DNA from: Gnetum montanum
Taxonomy: Eukaryota; Plantae; Gnetophyta
Length of the DNA stretch: 64,000 nt
NCBI GenBank assembly: GCA_015680685.1
Contig: MNCI01000590.1
Coordinates: forward strand, 46,368 to 110,367
Direction: 5' to 3'
Shown here: positions 34,602 through 48,691 of the stretch, in pieces
How the letters are laid out: the number at the start of each line of letters is the position of its first letter
How positions within the stretch are numbered: the stretch's first letter is position 1
Notes under the pieces: generated by a model
What the model was told of the DNA's origin: nothing
Seen by the model: the letters and a program-made list of their open reading frames with translations, nothing else
Databases searched by the model: none
Program-made: the position numbers and the translations under genes

Positions 34602-35566
34602 TGATAATAGTAAAAATTAAATCAACAGAAAAATACAATAATATATTTTGGGGTAAAACAAGAAAAACCCATCAAGAAACAAGCTCCTGGATCTATATGT
34701 CACATTAGACAGAATTTCTTAAACACAATGAATAATGGAGAACGGGTAAGAAGAAAGCCTAGGGATGAAAGTGAAACACACTATTTTCAAGCTTCATTAT
34801 GACTATATTTATAGCATGCCATGAACATCCAGAAGTAGTGTTAAAGGGATGATGAACAATAGTTTTATGACTATATTTCAAATATTTGCAGTTACTCAAC
34901 ATTGTAATTTATTACAACATAACTATTGTACTATACAATTACAAAAAAGGTGGTGCTTGTAATAAAAAATGATTATGTGAACGGCAGTTCCCTTTACTCA
35001 CAATTCTCCCTTTTAAAAACAAAGTTGTCGTAAAGCCTTATTCATACCTTACATGATATCACCCATGACACCAATAGTTATTGGACACCATAAAATTTTT
35101 TCAACATATAAAGATTTGTCATCATATAAATAGAATTCTTTTTTTTCTTGATTTTTTTAAAAAGAAGAATTTGTTCATTTATCTGCTCTTGAATATAGTG
35201 ATAGTGTATTTCTATATCCTTTGTCCTACTGTGGAAAGTTGGATTCTTAAATATATAAATTGCACTTTTGTTATCACAGCTAATTTTCACAATCTTTTTA
35301 TGAATTCTGAGTTTAGTCACTGATCTTTGAAGCCATGTTGGTTCCCAACTAGCTAAGTTTGCAGTAACATATTCTACTTCAATAGTCAACTAAGCTACAT
35401 AAGATTGTAATTGGCTTTTCCAAGAGATATCACCATCAAAGTTATTGAGTACATATCCATTGGTTGATTTTTTATTATCTAAATTCCCACCCCAATCAGC
35501 ATCCACATAACCATGTAGAATTGACAAATTACTTTAATAACAAATACCAAAGTTCATAGTACCACA
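34602..35566 (-). mobile_element. Copia 3' end: RNase H, PPT and 3' LTR (about 34602-35002)
   Basis: GYVDADWGG..KSTNGY, EVEYV, CDNKSAI..NPTFHSRTKDIEIHYHYI. PPT AAAAGGGAGAAT is followed by TGTGAG at 35002. TATA GCTATAAATAG near 34810. The left boundary is approximate. Confidence 0.85.
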
Positions 35567-36960
35567 ATTGGGCAAGTAATCTCCTAATTGGTTGGCCAAG
35601 TTACTTGGGAGAGAAGTTAGGTGAGATATTTTTGAATATGTAACTTCCCTACCTACCTTGGAACCCTATAAAAAGGCTTCAGGGGTCAAGGAGGATCATC
35701 ATCACTTATCATCATCACATTGGGACTTTTGGGAGGTCTCATACATCACACTTTGGAAAGCTACTAGTTAGCACTTGGGCTCTCACTTGAAGACACTTTG
35801 TGTCTTGAGAAGAGCTTTGTAAAGAAGAAATTGTGAACTATTGCTTGTGAGATGGCTTGCTAGAATAAAGATTTCAGCCTCTTTTTCATGGTCCTGTGAG
35901 TTATGCATTTCATTTTTTGTTTTGTTTAAATTGTTTAGCTAGTGGTTTAGATAGTATCATCCTTGGCAAGTAATTTTGGGATTTTTAGATTGCTCTTGTT
36001 GTTCCTATTGCCCGATAGAAATTTCTATTAAAATTTTGCCATGGAAGCACTTGTGTTTAAAAGCCTTAAGAGCATTTTAGTAGTTAATTTCATTATTGTG
36101 CAATGTGTGGGAACTGCTATTGGGATTGTTGTAAGAGAGCCTCTGTTTGTAGTCACGCCGTTGAACAATTCAGTAGTCGAGAGGGTTCAGAAAATCTTTG
36201 GTATTTTGATGGGACCAGAATAGCTTCTTTTTATCTTTAAAGTGAATTCTCGTGGTATTTCAATCAGAAATTGTCAAGTCTTTTAAAGGTTCTGTTTGAA
36301 TGCAATCGTTGACATCTATTATCTAGTCAAAATGGAGTCTCGTACGTGGTAGTTTACGCAGCAATTTTTGGTAGCATAATAGGATTGTCTTGAAGATATT
36401 GCTTGTTTGAGCCTTGGAAGTTTGAACAATTCGTAGATATTGAATTTGGGATAGCTTTATTGCGAAGTGTTTACTCGTGTCATTTTACCTTGTTTAAATA
36501 TTTGAGGTCTACACAAATCTGCTTTCCTTTCTTTTCTGCTTATTTCCATCGAATCTTGCTCTATTTCTAGTTTTCTTGTGGAACTATCTCTTTCTCTGGG
36601 GAAAATTAGGAGTAGATTGCGGAGTTGTGCTCAGATGTTTTTACAAAATTTTATTTGTTACAAGTAGGTATTATAAGGACCGCATAGACTAGGCAGTTGA
36701 ACAAAATAGGAAATTTTCAATGACTCACAGTACTTGGCAAAGTTGGCTAAATCTCTTTAAAGTAAGTCATTTGTAGTTTACACGCAACGCAATTGTTACA
36801 TTTCTCACAACCGCACACCGCAACAGCACACACACATACTCACATTAACTACTGAGTTTATTCGGAGGTATATGGGCCTTGGTGTTGCCAGAGACCAGCA
36901 GGCACCTAAATCCTGTTCGAGGACACTCGTTGGCGATCGCGTCCCAAATGGTCGCCAACA
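35567..36960 (+). mobile_element. 5'-truncated LTR of a different, probably Gypsy, family
   Basis: TATA CCCTATAAAAAGG near 35665; noncoding; ends GGTCGCCAACA exactly where the internal sequence of copy E begins. Confidence 0.55.
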
Positions 36961-39900
36961 GATATCACTTACATTGTTGGGAGCCTAAATGAACCTTTAG
37001 GTTAATTAAAAGAAAAATTATATAATGGTAAATTAGCACACTAATAACAATGCCTTCTTCTAAAAAAAGTAATTCACTACCTAGGGACAATACACGAAAC
37101 AATCGACAATCAAAAACACATAATCGAAATCAGCCAAGTCCTCAGCAATACCGGATAGTCTATACTCATCCCAATGAGTATATTCCAAACTTTACCTTTA
37201 TTCTCTATCAAGATGAGTAGCTACGATGGAGAGATTTGCAAGGTAACATTGTGTTAGCCCCAGATCGATCAGTCCCTAACATGCTCTTTCGTGCTTTGGC
37301 ACAGATTAGCATGATAGAATTATATGCCGAATACGTTGCGGAATACTTTGACATGAGGGATTATCATCCCATAGAAGCACAATGTATTAGGGACTCAAGG
37401 CAGGAGAGCCAACATATACTATTGAAGGGCAAAGGTCTGCACATCCTTAGCAAAATAGGAGATGAGGAACCCATTATAATGGGTTCTCTAGCAAATGATG
37501 TTCCCCCTCCTAACGATGGTGAGGAGGTTGGGTATCAGAACCTATGATCAATGATACATAACACTGGTTCTGATCCCCATGAACGCCAACTATTCACAGA
37601 GGGAACAACAACTCATGCAAAGGACGGGCACTTAGATCATTATCATGATCAGGGCCGAAGCAGGCAAAGAGAAGATAAGAAACATCATTATGGCAATGGT
37701 TCCCCTTCCTCTTCTCCTTCATCTCATCACTCCCTATCTCCTTCCAAATTTGGGCACAGCCATCATGAACATAATGGTGAGGATAGAGGTAGGAAAGATG
37801 AGAGACCTTGATAGGAAAGTCAAGAGAGAGGACAAGGGCAAGGACGAAGGAAAAGTAGGGAACAATGAAGACATCACAAGTTCATGAAAGAGATGATCAT
37901 GATGAGCCCTTACTTGCAACCCAAAGTATGCTCAACATAACGGAGGCAGTAAGAATTCTAGCAAGGCATCAAAAGGATAGTCAGATCAAATGCTTAGACA
38001 TGAACAATATCCCACGGTTTGAAGGGGGATACAACTCAAATCCACAACATCATTTACAGGCATTCCACGATGCATGTGCCTTGCAGAACATAGAAAATGA
38101 GTGGCAAAAACTTATGTTATTTTCCAAGACACTCACTAAAGAAGCAGAGAGTTGGTACCAGTCCTTAGAATCGGAAACCATCAAGAGGTGGAGTACAATG
38201 TTAGAAATCTTCAATAATAAGTATCAAACATACTCCAGAGTGTCTAATTTGTGTAAGAAGATCTAAGGATGGAAGAAAGGTACTTATGAACCCTTGTATG
38301 CTGCCATGGCTTGCTACTACACATTGTTACATCATTGCCCGGGGCATGGATATGCTCAACAGGATCAACTTCACCACATCGTGGATGGGCTAAGGCATGA
38401 ATCTAGAAGAACCCTTGGGACTTATGCCCAAGGGAAACTATCAAAACTTAGAGTCCATGAAGTATATCGCTTGTTGGAGCAAGTAGTAAAAGAAGAAGAT
38501 GAGCTACGAAAAAGAGAGAGTGCAAAAGAATACAACCGTGATCCCTCCCTTCGAAAGAAGGGAGTGAGATTTTGTGATGAGGAGGATGAGTCACCACTCA
38601 AAGATTTGGTGAACAGAAAGACCTTACCAATTTAAAAATTAACAACAGAAGTATCGGCTAAGGTAGACCAATTGTGGGATTCCTTAGACTCTAGACTGGA
38701 AACTGTTCTGAAAATTATAGAAGAGTTTAAGGAAGAACGAAGTAGTGACAAAGGTAAGAAAAAGCGGAGAGATTCAGGCCCTGCACATAACAAGGGTAAG
38801 GGAAAAATTACTATCTCCGATGAAGTTGTGGATTTTGGCACAGATGATGATGGTGGATGTGAGATCTGCCAATATGACCATCCCAAGGGATGTTGTCCAA
38901 TTATCTCGCATCTATAGGAGTCTGGGGTGTATGCACTTAATCCAAGACTCAACCAATGGCAAACACCTCAAAGGTTACCTTATCCTCAAGGTAACCCAAG
39001 GTAGTTCCACCAACCACTAACATACTATCCAAGTGGAACTCCACCATAACCCATCGGATAGCATCAACAGTGGCAACACCCACAGTCATGGGGGATGCCA
39101 CTACCAACACAACAGTACCCTTACTGGTATCCAGACCCATATGGATATTATGTGCAGCAACCGATTTTTCCAAGTGACTCTAGGGAGTACTTTAGAAGGA
39201 TTCCTTCTCCTACCGAAGACATTCCACATTGATCCCATCCTCCAACTCCATCTGCACCTCTTCCACCTCTAGTTCCCATACCTCCTGATCCAACAATGCA
39301 AGGGGAACTCCCTACTCAACTGTGGTAATAAAATGCTACGAGAGCAGTAAATATTCAACCCGTTGCTGGTTCTAACAACTGTAAAAAGAGAAGATCCTTT
39401 TTTAGAACTAGAAGCCCAGACAAGATCTCACAACAAGCGGTTGAGCCTATGTACACTCCTCCACCATCTAACACTTCAAAGCACTCTTTAGTCCAACATC
39501 AAAGTTGTAGGCATACGGTTATGTTAACACATACCATAACTGAGTGGATCAAGGTAGGCCACCTTCCCAGGAAACTATCTGATCCGAGAAGCCCCTTAAT
39601 CTATTTACAAATCTTCAGGAACAAACCACATAAGGCTCTTCTTGACTCAGGTTCCAGAGTCAATTTAATATCACGAGAAATGTATCAAGCCTAGAACCTA
39701 CCCCAACTTAAGAAAAGCAACATCCAACTGGAGTTGGTTGACCAATCCATCACCATTCCCTTGGGATTGGTGGAGGACATCATTACCACTATGTACAACA
39801 AAGGGGGCTTTCCAATTATAATGGAAAGGCCATGGCTAAGTACAGTAGACACATACCTAGGGATCCATGATCTTTCCTTGCAGATATTTAAGATAAACAT

Positions 39901-42900
39901 ATGTGGAAAGATCAAGAAGAAGAGAGTTCCATGCATCACATATATTGACTTAGAGGGTGATGACATGGAAGAATGTTCAACATTTCTTCCATGTGATTGA
40001 TGTGCCCAAGAAATACAAATTCAGATGTGCCTGTATATAGTAACCACACAAGTAGTAGACACCCCATGGTTGATAACTACTAGAAAGAGCAAAGCAATAT
40101 GCATAGAATGAACGAGGGAAACTCATGCTAACAACGAAGGCATAGACACATTGGAGTATAAGCGTTGCCAACTTCCACCCCTTAATCTAAGAACATCAGT
40201 GGGGAGAAGTTAGGCACTGTTGCGAAATTCAAACAGACACTCATTATTTCAGATCTTTCCCTTTGCATTCAGTCATGGGGGAGATGGCCACCTATGTTGA
40301 TCATTGGAGGCCCTCAATTCTTTTTAGTTTTTGTTTTACAAGTTTTTTTTTACACATTTTTGTTTAATACATTTTTATTTTACATGTTTTTGTTTTACAC
40401 ATTTTTGTCTTACAAGTTTTTTTTTACATGTTTTTGTCTTACACATTTTTGTTTTACAAATTTCTTTAACTTTTCTTATTTTTTTTACAACATCGTTATA
40501 CTTTTCCATTTTTTGTGTGTGTTTGTGTGTGTTTTATCCACCTTGTAAGTTCATCACCCAATAAGTGTTCTTCATGATGGTATGAACTGCTTTCTTATTG
40601 ATTTCTAATGTTTGGATTTTACCTTAAAGTGATGATATTGATACTAAGGTATGTTCTTTTGATATGGCAGGAAATGAGTCCACTTCATCCATTCATGCAT
40701 CAATTTCTATGGTCTCTCTTAGCTTTGAAATGTACAATCTCCTTTCTAATAAGAACTTTAATGAATCGGTGACTGGGTATCTCTCAAACTAAGGAAGGAC
40801 TCAAGGCTTGAAAAGGGTATGACTTCAAGGAAACTTGATGCATTTGTGTTGGTTGTTCTCTTGGGTGCTTGGATGCTTTCTTCTTGAGTTTTCTTGTTGT
40901 TCTGATGTTACCCAATTATCAGAAGCTGAGCAAATAAAAATAAGAAGTCTTTGCATAGTGTGGTTTTCATGCATAAAAACATAAAACACAAAAAACAAAA
41001 AAAACACAAAAACAAAAAGAAAAAATAAACTTGGGCTACAAGCACTGGTTATGGAACTAAAACTGTTCCCTCTAACTAAGGCCCTTCTCTCTTCCCATTC
41101 TCTCATTCGTTCGTCGGAATGGTGGTGGCTCTTGAAGGAGGCATTCTTGTTACTCAAGTGCATGGTTTGGCCAAGTGCATTGATGCGAAGTCACTGGATG
41201 TGGTTGGTTTGAGGCCAGATTTGGAATGAGATTTTCAAAGTTACATTAATCCTAAAATCTACACAAGGGGTTGTACACCACCTTGTCCTTGGGATTCCAT
41301 TCCATTCTCTTCTCTCCATCCTTCTCTCCATTATTCACCTCATTGTTAACTCTATCATTAGTGTATATTTTGGTCAATTCATCGTTTTATTTTTGGTAAA
41401 TTCTTACAGTTAAGACTTTAACTCTTGTTCCAAACGACATTCCCAGAGCCTATGGAATCTTTGAATGTGGGTTTGTTAGGGTATTAAGGGCATGAGCCTG
41501 CTTTGGGGAGGACCCATTGACATTCCTATTTGGTGCATCAATGAAATTCTTTCTCTTACAATTTTTACAATTAATTTTATTTTTTTCATTCCCATCTTGA
41601 CATCCATTTCATAGATGTCTTAGCTATCTTTTTTTATCCATCTTCTTGTTCTTATTCTTTCTCCATTCTATCGCTACTGGAGGTTCGTGATTAGTCATGG
41701 GGGTACAGGGCCAATTTTTTTTGATTTTCCCTTAACCCCTACACCTCCGTAGTCATCATTTACATACCTCCAGACCCAAATCAGGCATACCACAACTCAG
41801 CCAATGGACTTACACCAAACCAAGGTATCAATTACATGATAATTCATTTACCCTTGCTAACATAAGACTGTGTTGTGTGTGCAAATGGCGATCATGCAAT
41901 AATGGACTGGATCTGGCGAAAAACACTTGGAATGGAGTGGTGCTGAAAGCAGCTATGCAAGGAGCAAGATCGATGGTGCACTTACAGATGGACAATGAAC
42001 AACACAATATTGACGTTTGCAATAGCAACACGTATTTCTCTCTCTCGTTCTCAGCTAACAAATGAAGGCCTGATGTTAAAGTAATAAGGTGTTCATCCTT
42101 GTTGTCATGAACACCAATTTTGTTGTGTCTTGTAATGATGATCTGTTCACATGTCATCCCATTAGTTTCATTTGAGTCAATAATCCCATACCTTCCCGAT
42201 ATTATTGTAAGGAACTTGAGGATAATTTTTCATTTAGTCATGGGGGTATGATGGGACGTAATATCGTAGTCGTTGGGATATTGCATCCCTCACGATATCG
42301 CGAATGTGATATCGTGTCTTCCCCTGCGATATCGCATCTTCCCCTACGATATTGCATACGCGATATCACAGTGCATCATCATATCTATAAATAAGGGGCA
42401 AATCTTCCTTATTTCCTTATCCTAGGCTAGACAATAGGGAAACTCTAGAAGATTGATCACTCTAGAGATAGAATATTTTCCATGTGCCTGCAGTAGGAGT
42501 CCCAAAGTGAACGGGTCTTTATTCGAGAAAATATTATACCTAAACACAATTTTGTGTATGGCAATAAAGACAAGCTTTCCAGATAAACCTTGTAGCACAT
42601 GGAATAGGATTTTATTACTGTTATTTATTATCTGTTATTTACTGCTTTATTAGTTATTTACTGTTTTCCTTCTCAACTCTTCTCTCTTAGTTAAGTGCCT
42701 CAGTACGACCACTTTGAGCACGCGCGTTACGCGTGGTGATCCCATCAATGATTAGTGTTTGGTAACCATGGTTGCATTGGTTCAGGGTGTGTACAGTAAG
42801 TGGGAATGGATGCTAACGCTAGGTAATTTAGACTTAATTCATTAGGTAGAGTTAGTAATTAGTCTATCTACCCTTTACCTTGTTAGCATAGGAGACAAAA

Positions 42901-43100
42901 ACATAAAAAGCATAAAAATCATATACCTCAGACTTAACTATACACCGTGACAACTACAAGTAAGTCTGGGGAGACAATGAATAATTAACCCTAAGTTTTC
43001 CATAGGGTGTGTAGGCACTTAGTCTGCGGAGTTCGACTAGATCATGTGTGCTACGCTTGTATTCGTATGGTTGAGTGTAGGGGCATCTCGCCACTCATCA
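36961..43100 (+). mobile_element. Athila-like RT-less copy E (gag, protease, noncoding, 3' LTR 42249-43100; 5' LTR and PBS missing)
   Basis: Collinear with copy A from 10990 onward. CEICQYDHPKGCC, LLDSGSRVNLI. PPT CATGGGGGTA is followed by TGATGGG...CACTCATCA. Confidence 0.95.
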
Positions 43101-44160
43101 TATCTTTATAAGTAATCCTAAGAAATATTCCCTTTAGGGTAGGAAAAGGATCAAGCCTTACCCTTATTCAGAAGTGCCCTCACAAGTTCTCACTTCTTCC
43201 TAAAGTATTTTTTGTAAAGAGAAGGAGAAAATTCTCTCTAAAGATAAAAGGATACCTTGATCAGAAATAAAGAACAAAGAGTAACAAAAGCTAAAAGCTT
43301 TCTATCCTTGAGCCTCCAAAATGAAAAGAAATTAATACTTTAGAAAATAAATTAATTGTTTAGCTTTCACTAAAAGCTTTTTTACTTAAAGTTGTAGCAG
43401 AAAAGTAACATCTTTGAGAATTTGATAATTAACCAGTGAAGAGAGATCATAGTTATGCTTTTAATATTCTTTGCAATTCATTTTACTATAAAATAAATAC
43501 CTTGTTTATAATAATTAATGAAACTAAGTCTTCCATGTTTCTTGCTATTAGTACAGATATCTTAATAAACTCTAAAAACACCTTTTCTATTTGACTTAGT
43601 AGCAAACGAAACTGATGGATAATATAAATAATTCTATCATAAGAAGTTTTAGAAGGAAACCAACAATTAGAGTAATAAACATAAATTGACTAAAGAATTT
43701 TCTTCATTACAAAAAATTTTCTAGTAAAGATAAGCTTTTTTTCTTTCTATTTATATTTATCAAGATTCTTTTGAATTTTATCAATCACATAATTCCATTA
43801 AATAGTAAGATTAGGCTCAAAAGAAAAGATATTTTTAAAATTTTGAAGAAAAAATCATTTTTCAATATTTTCTAAGGATTCAAAGTAACCCACTCAATAA
43901 TATTTCCATTACAAGCAATAGTAGATTTTTACCCATTAATCTAAGAGCTAAATAACATGTAGTAATCCTCAACTTTAGCTAAAAGAGTATTGATATATTG
44001 TAGAAAATTGTTGATCATAAAAAAGGAATCATCTACAAAGTGCATGTTAAGTAATAATGTATCTTGATCATCAACTAAAATTCCCTTAATGATATTCCTT
44101 TATAAATCATGATGTAGATTATGTAAAAGAGAATATGCAGCAATAATAAAAAGATAGGTG
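43101..44160 (-). mobile_element. L1-like LINE reverse transcriptase fragment
   Basis: The minus strand of about 44160-44020 reads YLFIIAAYSL..IIKGI..MHFVDDSFF, a degenerate form of SPYLF..QFADDT. Confidence 0.75.
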
Positions 44161-44161
44161 G

Positions 44162-45590
44162 TGTAGGAACACCTCTTCCAAATCCCTTTTTCATCCCTAC
44201 AGGCAAAAGATTGAAGGTATTAGATAGCTAGAAGACATATTGTTCCTTTGAAGATGTTTTTCCTAAGAGTTGGACATTTATAGAAGATTTCTTGGACATC
44301 AAGAAGATGTCCAGTCTAAGAGCTAGAGAATTATAGGATATGTTCCATCAATAGGGGAGACATCTTACAAAAGTAACAGATGTCTCTTCTATGAGGAATA
44401 CATCTAAGAGGAGATGTCTTGTCTCCAATGTAAATGTCTTAACAAGTTCAAAGATGTCTTATCTACAAGTTATAGTTTCCATGAAGACATATTGTTAAGC
44501 ATATAAACATCTTATTCTACTAGGAATGTTAAAATCAAGATTAGAAACAAACATGAATGTTCTGTTCAACATTGTAAACAACCAGAAATGTTTGAGTTGA
44601 TCATGAGAAAGGTTTCCCCAACATCTTGTAATTAATAAATATTAATCATGTTTGCATATTTTAGATAAGAGAGATTGCATGAAAGTGGTGTGCTTCTTTG
44701 TGGTTAATTATATATGTGATGTTGATCATTGTGACTCTTTATGTGTGTTAGATCTTAGTCTAGTATGCATGAGAAAGAGGTCTAGATTAGTTGTACCTTA
44801 CATTGAGGTTGATCATGTACATGGTTGTAGAACCTCATGCTCTACAATATCATTGAGTGTGTGATTTTTTTTATAGGTTTGTGAATCTATAATAATTGTA
44901 ATCTTCTTTTAAATTAATTGAAGATAGCTAGTTTATTTGTTTTGTAGAAAATTCATTATCTTGCATAATATTTGGATTTGGTGTGTTTGAAGGATTAGTA
45001 ACCTCACTCTAGGATTGGTATCAGAGCATAGATTTTTTTTGTTTAGAAATATGTTATGGTTTTTGCATTTTTTAGATGGATGCTAAGAAGAAAAATGTTC
45101 AAGCCCTAAATGCATATATGGAGAGCATGAAATCTACCTTTTAGCTAATGTTGAATGATTAGATGAGATCAATACTAAGGTAAATAGAAATATAGGTCCT
45201 GACCATATTCCAAATTGTGGTGATGATGAGTAGTCTTATTTAAATGGTGATGAAGATGTTTCTCAACCTCATGGAGGGAGAGTAGATGAGGAAGAGCATT
45301 CTAGGTATGGGTGTGTGAGAATACTTCATTATAGGGTTTCATGCAAAGGAAATTCAAATTCTTAAGTCAAAAAATCCAAGAGCTTCATCATACACATCAT
45401 CTTCTTCTCATGAAAAATTTTATAATAAATATGACATAAGAATTTTCATAGTGTTTAGGAATGTTGCAAGACTTCCGTATGTGGAATTAAGGACTTCCAA
45501 TGGTGTAGATGGTACCAATGCTTTTGCAGTTTGGTTAAAGGTACTTAAAAAGTGTTTTAAGATTAAGAAGATACCAAATCATCTAAGGGT
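44162..45590 (+). mobile_element. LTR, iMet PBS and gag start of a CRM/chromovirus-like element
   Basis: PBS TGGTATCAGAGC at 45016-45027. Gag remnant ELRTSNGVDGTNAFAVWLKVLKKCF. Homologous to the minus-strand copy at about 49820-51050. Confidence 0.7.
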
Positions 45591-47597
45591 ACCAATTATT
45601 ATGTTAGGACTAGGCACAAAAGTATTCTAGCATGAGAAATGACATCAGTTACTAAGAGAGCCATCATATTTATTTCAAAAATATTTTTCACCACAAGAAA
45701 CTCATGATTGAAGTAGGCCTTACTATGGATTTTAAATTGTTTTAAAGAAAAAACACACACAGAGACACAATAATATAATTATCTTTGTATTTGAATAATG
45801 TCCCACAAGAAATTTCAATCATGAGTAGGGTCACACTCCCACAAGAACCATATAGTTGGAGCAATGCACATGGCTCATATTTATTTGCATCCCACAAGAA
45901 CCTCCTTTTGTAAGTAGAGTGTTTTGTGATGCAAAATCATTTTTATGTACTAACTTTCTCAACATTCTTTTTTTTGGCTAGGACATGGCATTTTCTTGGT
46001 AGATTGACTTATTCTACTTTGATGATTTACTACTTCCTTTCATTTTTTCTTATCCTCCTTGCTTGGCTCATTTTACCCTTGTTTCATAATCTTTTCTTTT
46101 TGTTTGTTATTACTCTTTTTATTTTTCTCTTTTTGCTTATCTCTTTCCATTTTCTTTTTCATGGTCATCTATTATGCCTAGTGGTACTCTTAGTACATAG
46201 GTCTCTAATATGTTTCCCATCATGAACTTCATAGGTGTTAGTGGTTGAGATCCCTACTATGGCGAACAATGATGGATACTAACAATTTTCAGATCCATGG
46301 CTTCTAGTAGACTATCCATAATTTTGGATATATAAAATCCATGACACTTTTTGCTTTTGGTATATCCTTTGGCCATTCTTACTTTTTAATAACTCATTTT
46401 TACTAATTAACCTAGGAATGATACATATCCTAGCTTAATTAAGGGGGATAATGAATTCATAATGGATAAGATAGTAGGACATAACCAACATGGAAGATGA
46501 TCCAAGAGTAAGTTAGGGAATGAGTTAGATGTAAAAAATACATCTTAGATCCTTAAAACATAGGAAAGGTTAAAACTATGAGTTTGTAAGACATTCTTGC
46601 ACCTACTGAAGCAAACCTTGTGAGGTGATGTGTTAGCTCGATTAATCCTAGGAAGGTCTTTCCTAACTAAGTTATATGTGGACTCCTGTCCAATTAATAA
46701 GAAATTATTATAAAGAGAGGAATAAAAATATGTACATTATGTAGAAATAAATCACAATAATATTGATTGATATCGCTTCTCTCAACTTAGGGTGATTAGC
46801 ATAGGTCATACTATTAAAGGATATCAAAGTATCATATCGAAGAGGATCGAGAGACTAATGTCTCACTCTAAGATAAATTGAGGTATCTAGATTCTAGTGA
46901 TATAGTTTGATATCATTATGAAAAAACTTAAGTTATTAATATAAATTTTGTTTTAATCAATTTGAATTGAGATGAAAGATAAGGGGTATATCTATCCATA
47001 CTGATTAAATCAATATGGTTCAAACACAACCAAATTTTTTCTAAAATATTGCATCTGAATAGTACAACATCAATATAAATCAATATATTTATTAAACATA
47101 TTGATTCTATTACCCTAGATTAACTATGATCAATATTTTTGATATTTTCCCGAGCACCTTGATTTTTATCAGTGAAATTGTGATACTAATCAATATAGCA
47201 AAAACCTACATTCGTTATATATCAAACCATATCAATGGATCTATAAAATTCAACCTAAAATGATACAAATCATATAGAATTCAAGTGGCAACTGTAATAT
47301 AAAAGAAACTGTCCCAACGACAACATCATATTTTTGCAAATGAGGGTAGCAAGATTTAGGGCTTTCACCTTTAGTGTTAGGGCTTTCATTTCTCCATGAA
47401 TCCTCATCTATAGCACTCATTAGGAGGGACCATGATGAGAAGTAGGGTCTAAAAACCACTTGAATCCCATTTTAACCATTCCTAAGAAGGGTAAGATGAT
47501 TTACTGCCCTTCTTGGATTTTTCAAAACTTAGAGAATGATGTTAATCTTGTTTTTTTTGTTTCTTTTGTCGTTAGTGCATGCAACCTTCCTTATAAA

Positions 47598-48691
47598 ATG
47601 GCCAAATCCACAAGTGCTAAGTAGTAGGTAAATGTAAGTATGGGTTTACATGAAGAAACCACTGATAAATTTAGCATGTTGAAAATCTTGGTTGTTTTGT
47701 AAGCGCCAAGGAGTGAACTACTCAAAATCACTCCATGGCACCCTGAAGCTAACTAGTCTGGGTGGTTCAACCACATGGGTTATAGGGCTTTCATTAGGCC
47801 CCCTATTAATTGGTTTATTTAGGAGCAAGTGCTAGAGTTTTACCGAAACCTAAAACTACATTTAATAAAGGTGGATCCTTGGGAAGGTTAGTTAATGTCT
47901 TTCATCTAAAAGATAAAAGTAAAGATCATAGAGGCTAGGCTACAAGAGTGGTTCGGGCTTCCATCCAAGGAGAAGGATATTTTTTACCTAAAAGAAAGCA
48001 TAGAAGAGAATTATGATCTCTTCCATCAATTTGTCAGGGAGAAAGACTTTGGGAGGCTTCAGACATAGGGTTTGCACTTCATCAATCTATGCTCTAAACA
48101 TCGGGTCATGGTAGGGATGATCATCACTAATGTTCTTCCTTCCACCCATATGACTTATGTACTCAGCCTTGCACACCACATCATGAAGGCATTGAAGTTT
48201 GGGAATGAAGCTAATTTTGCTTACCTCTCGATCAAGTATCTCATATATCATTGTAATAATGATGTCTTAAACTTATGTTTTCCATTCCTCATTTTAGCAA
48301 TCCTCTATGAGTGTAGATTTTTTGAAATTCAAATGGGAACAAAAATGCACCTTACAATTCTCAAGAAGGACATCTTTTCCTACTCAAAATCTACATGAAG
48401 GTTGGCTCGTTCATCAAGAAATCTCAAGAATTGGGTTCTTCATTAATGCCTGAGGCCAATGGCATTCATGGATTTCAAGATGAAGTTCAATTTGAGCTAC
48501 ATGAGCTCCATTCCACACAAAGGAAGATTCTCATGATGCTTGAGAATGTTAGCTTAACCCTCACCACCATGGAAAAAAGGGTGGTAGACATTGAGAAACA
48601 TGTCCACCCTCAAATCTATGATGGTGATGAAGGAGTAGAGCCCTCTTACTTTAAGGAGGATATGGAGGTGGATACCGGTCCAAAGGCTTGA
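47598..48691 (+). pseudogene. Retrotransposon accessory (env-like; putative plant transposon protein PF20167-like) ORF remnant
   Basis: NVLPSTHMTYV..NFAYL..LCFPFLILAIL motif pattern followed by a coiled-coil-like tail. An LTR-like stretch with TATAAATA lies at about 49260-49800. Confidence 0.55.
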
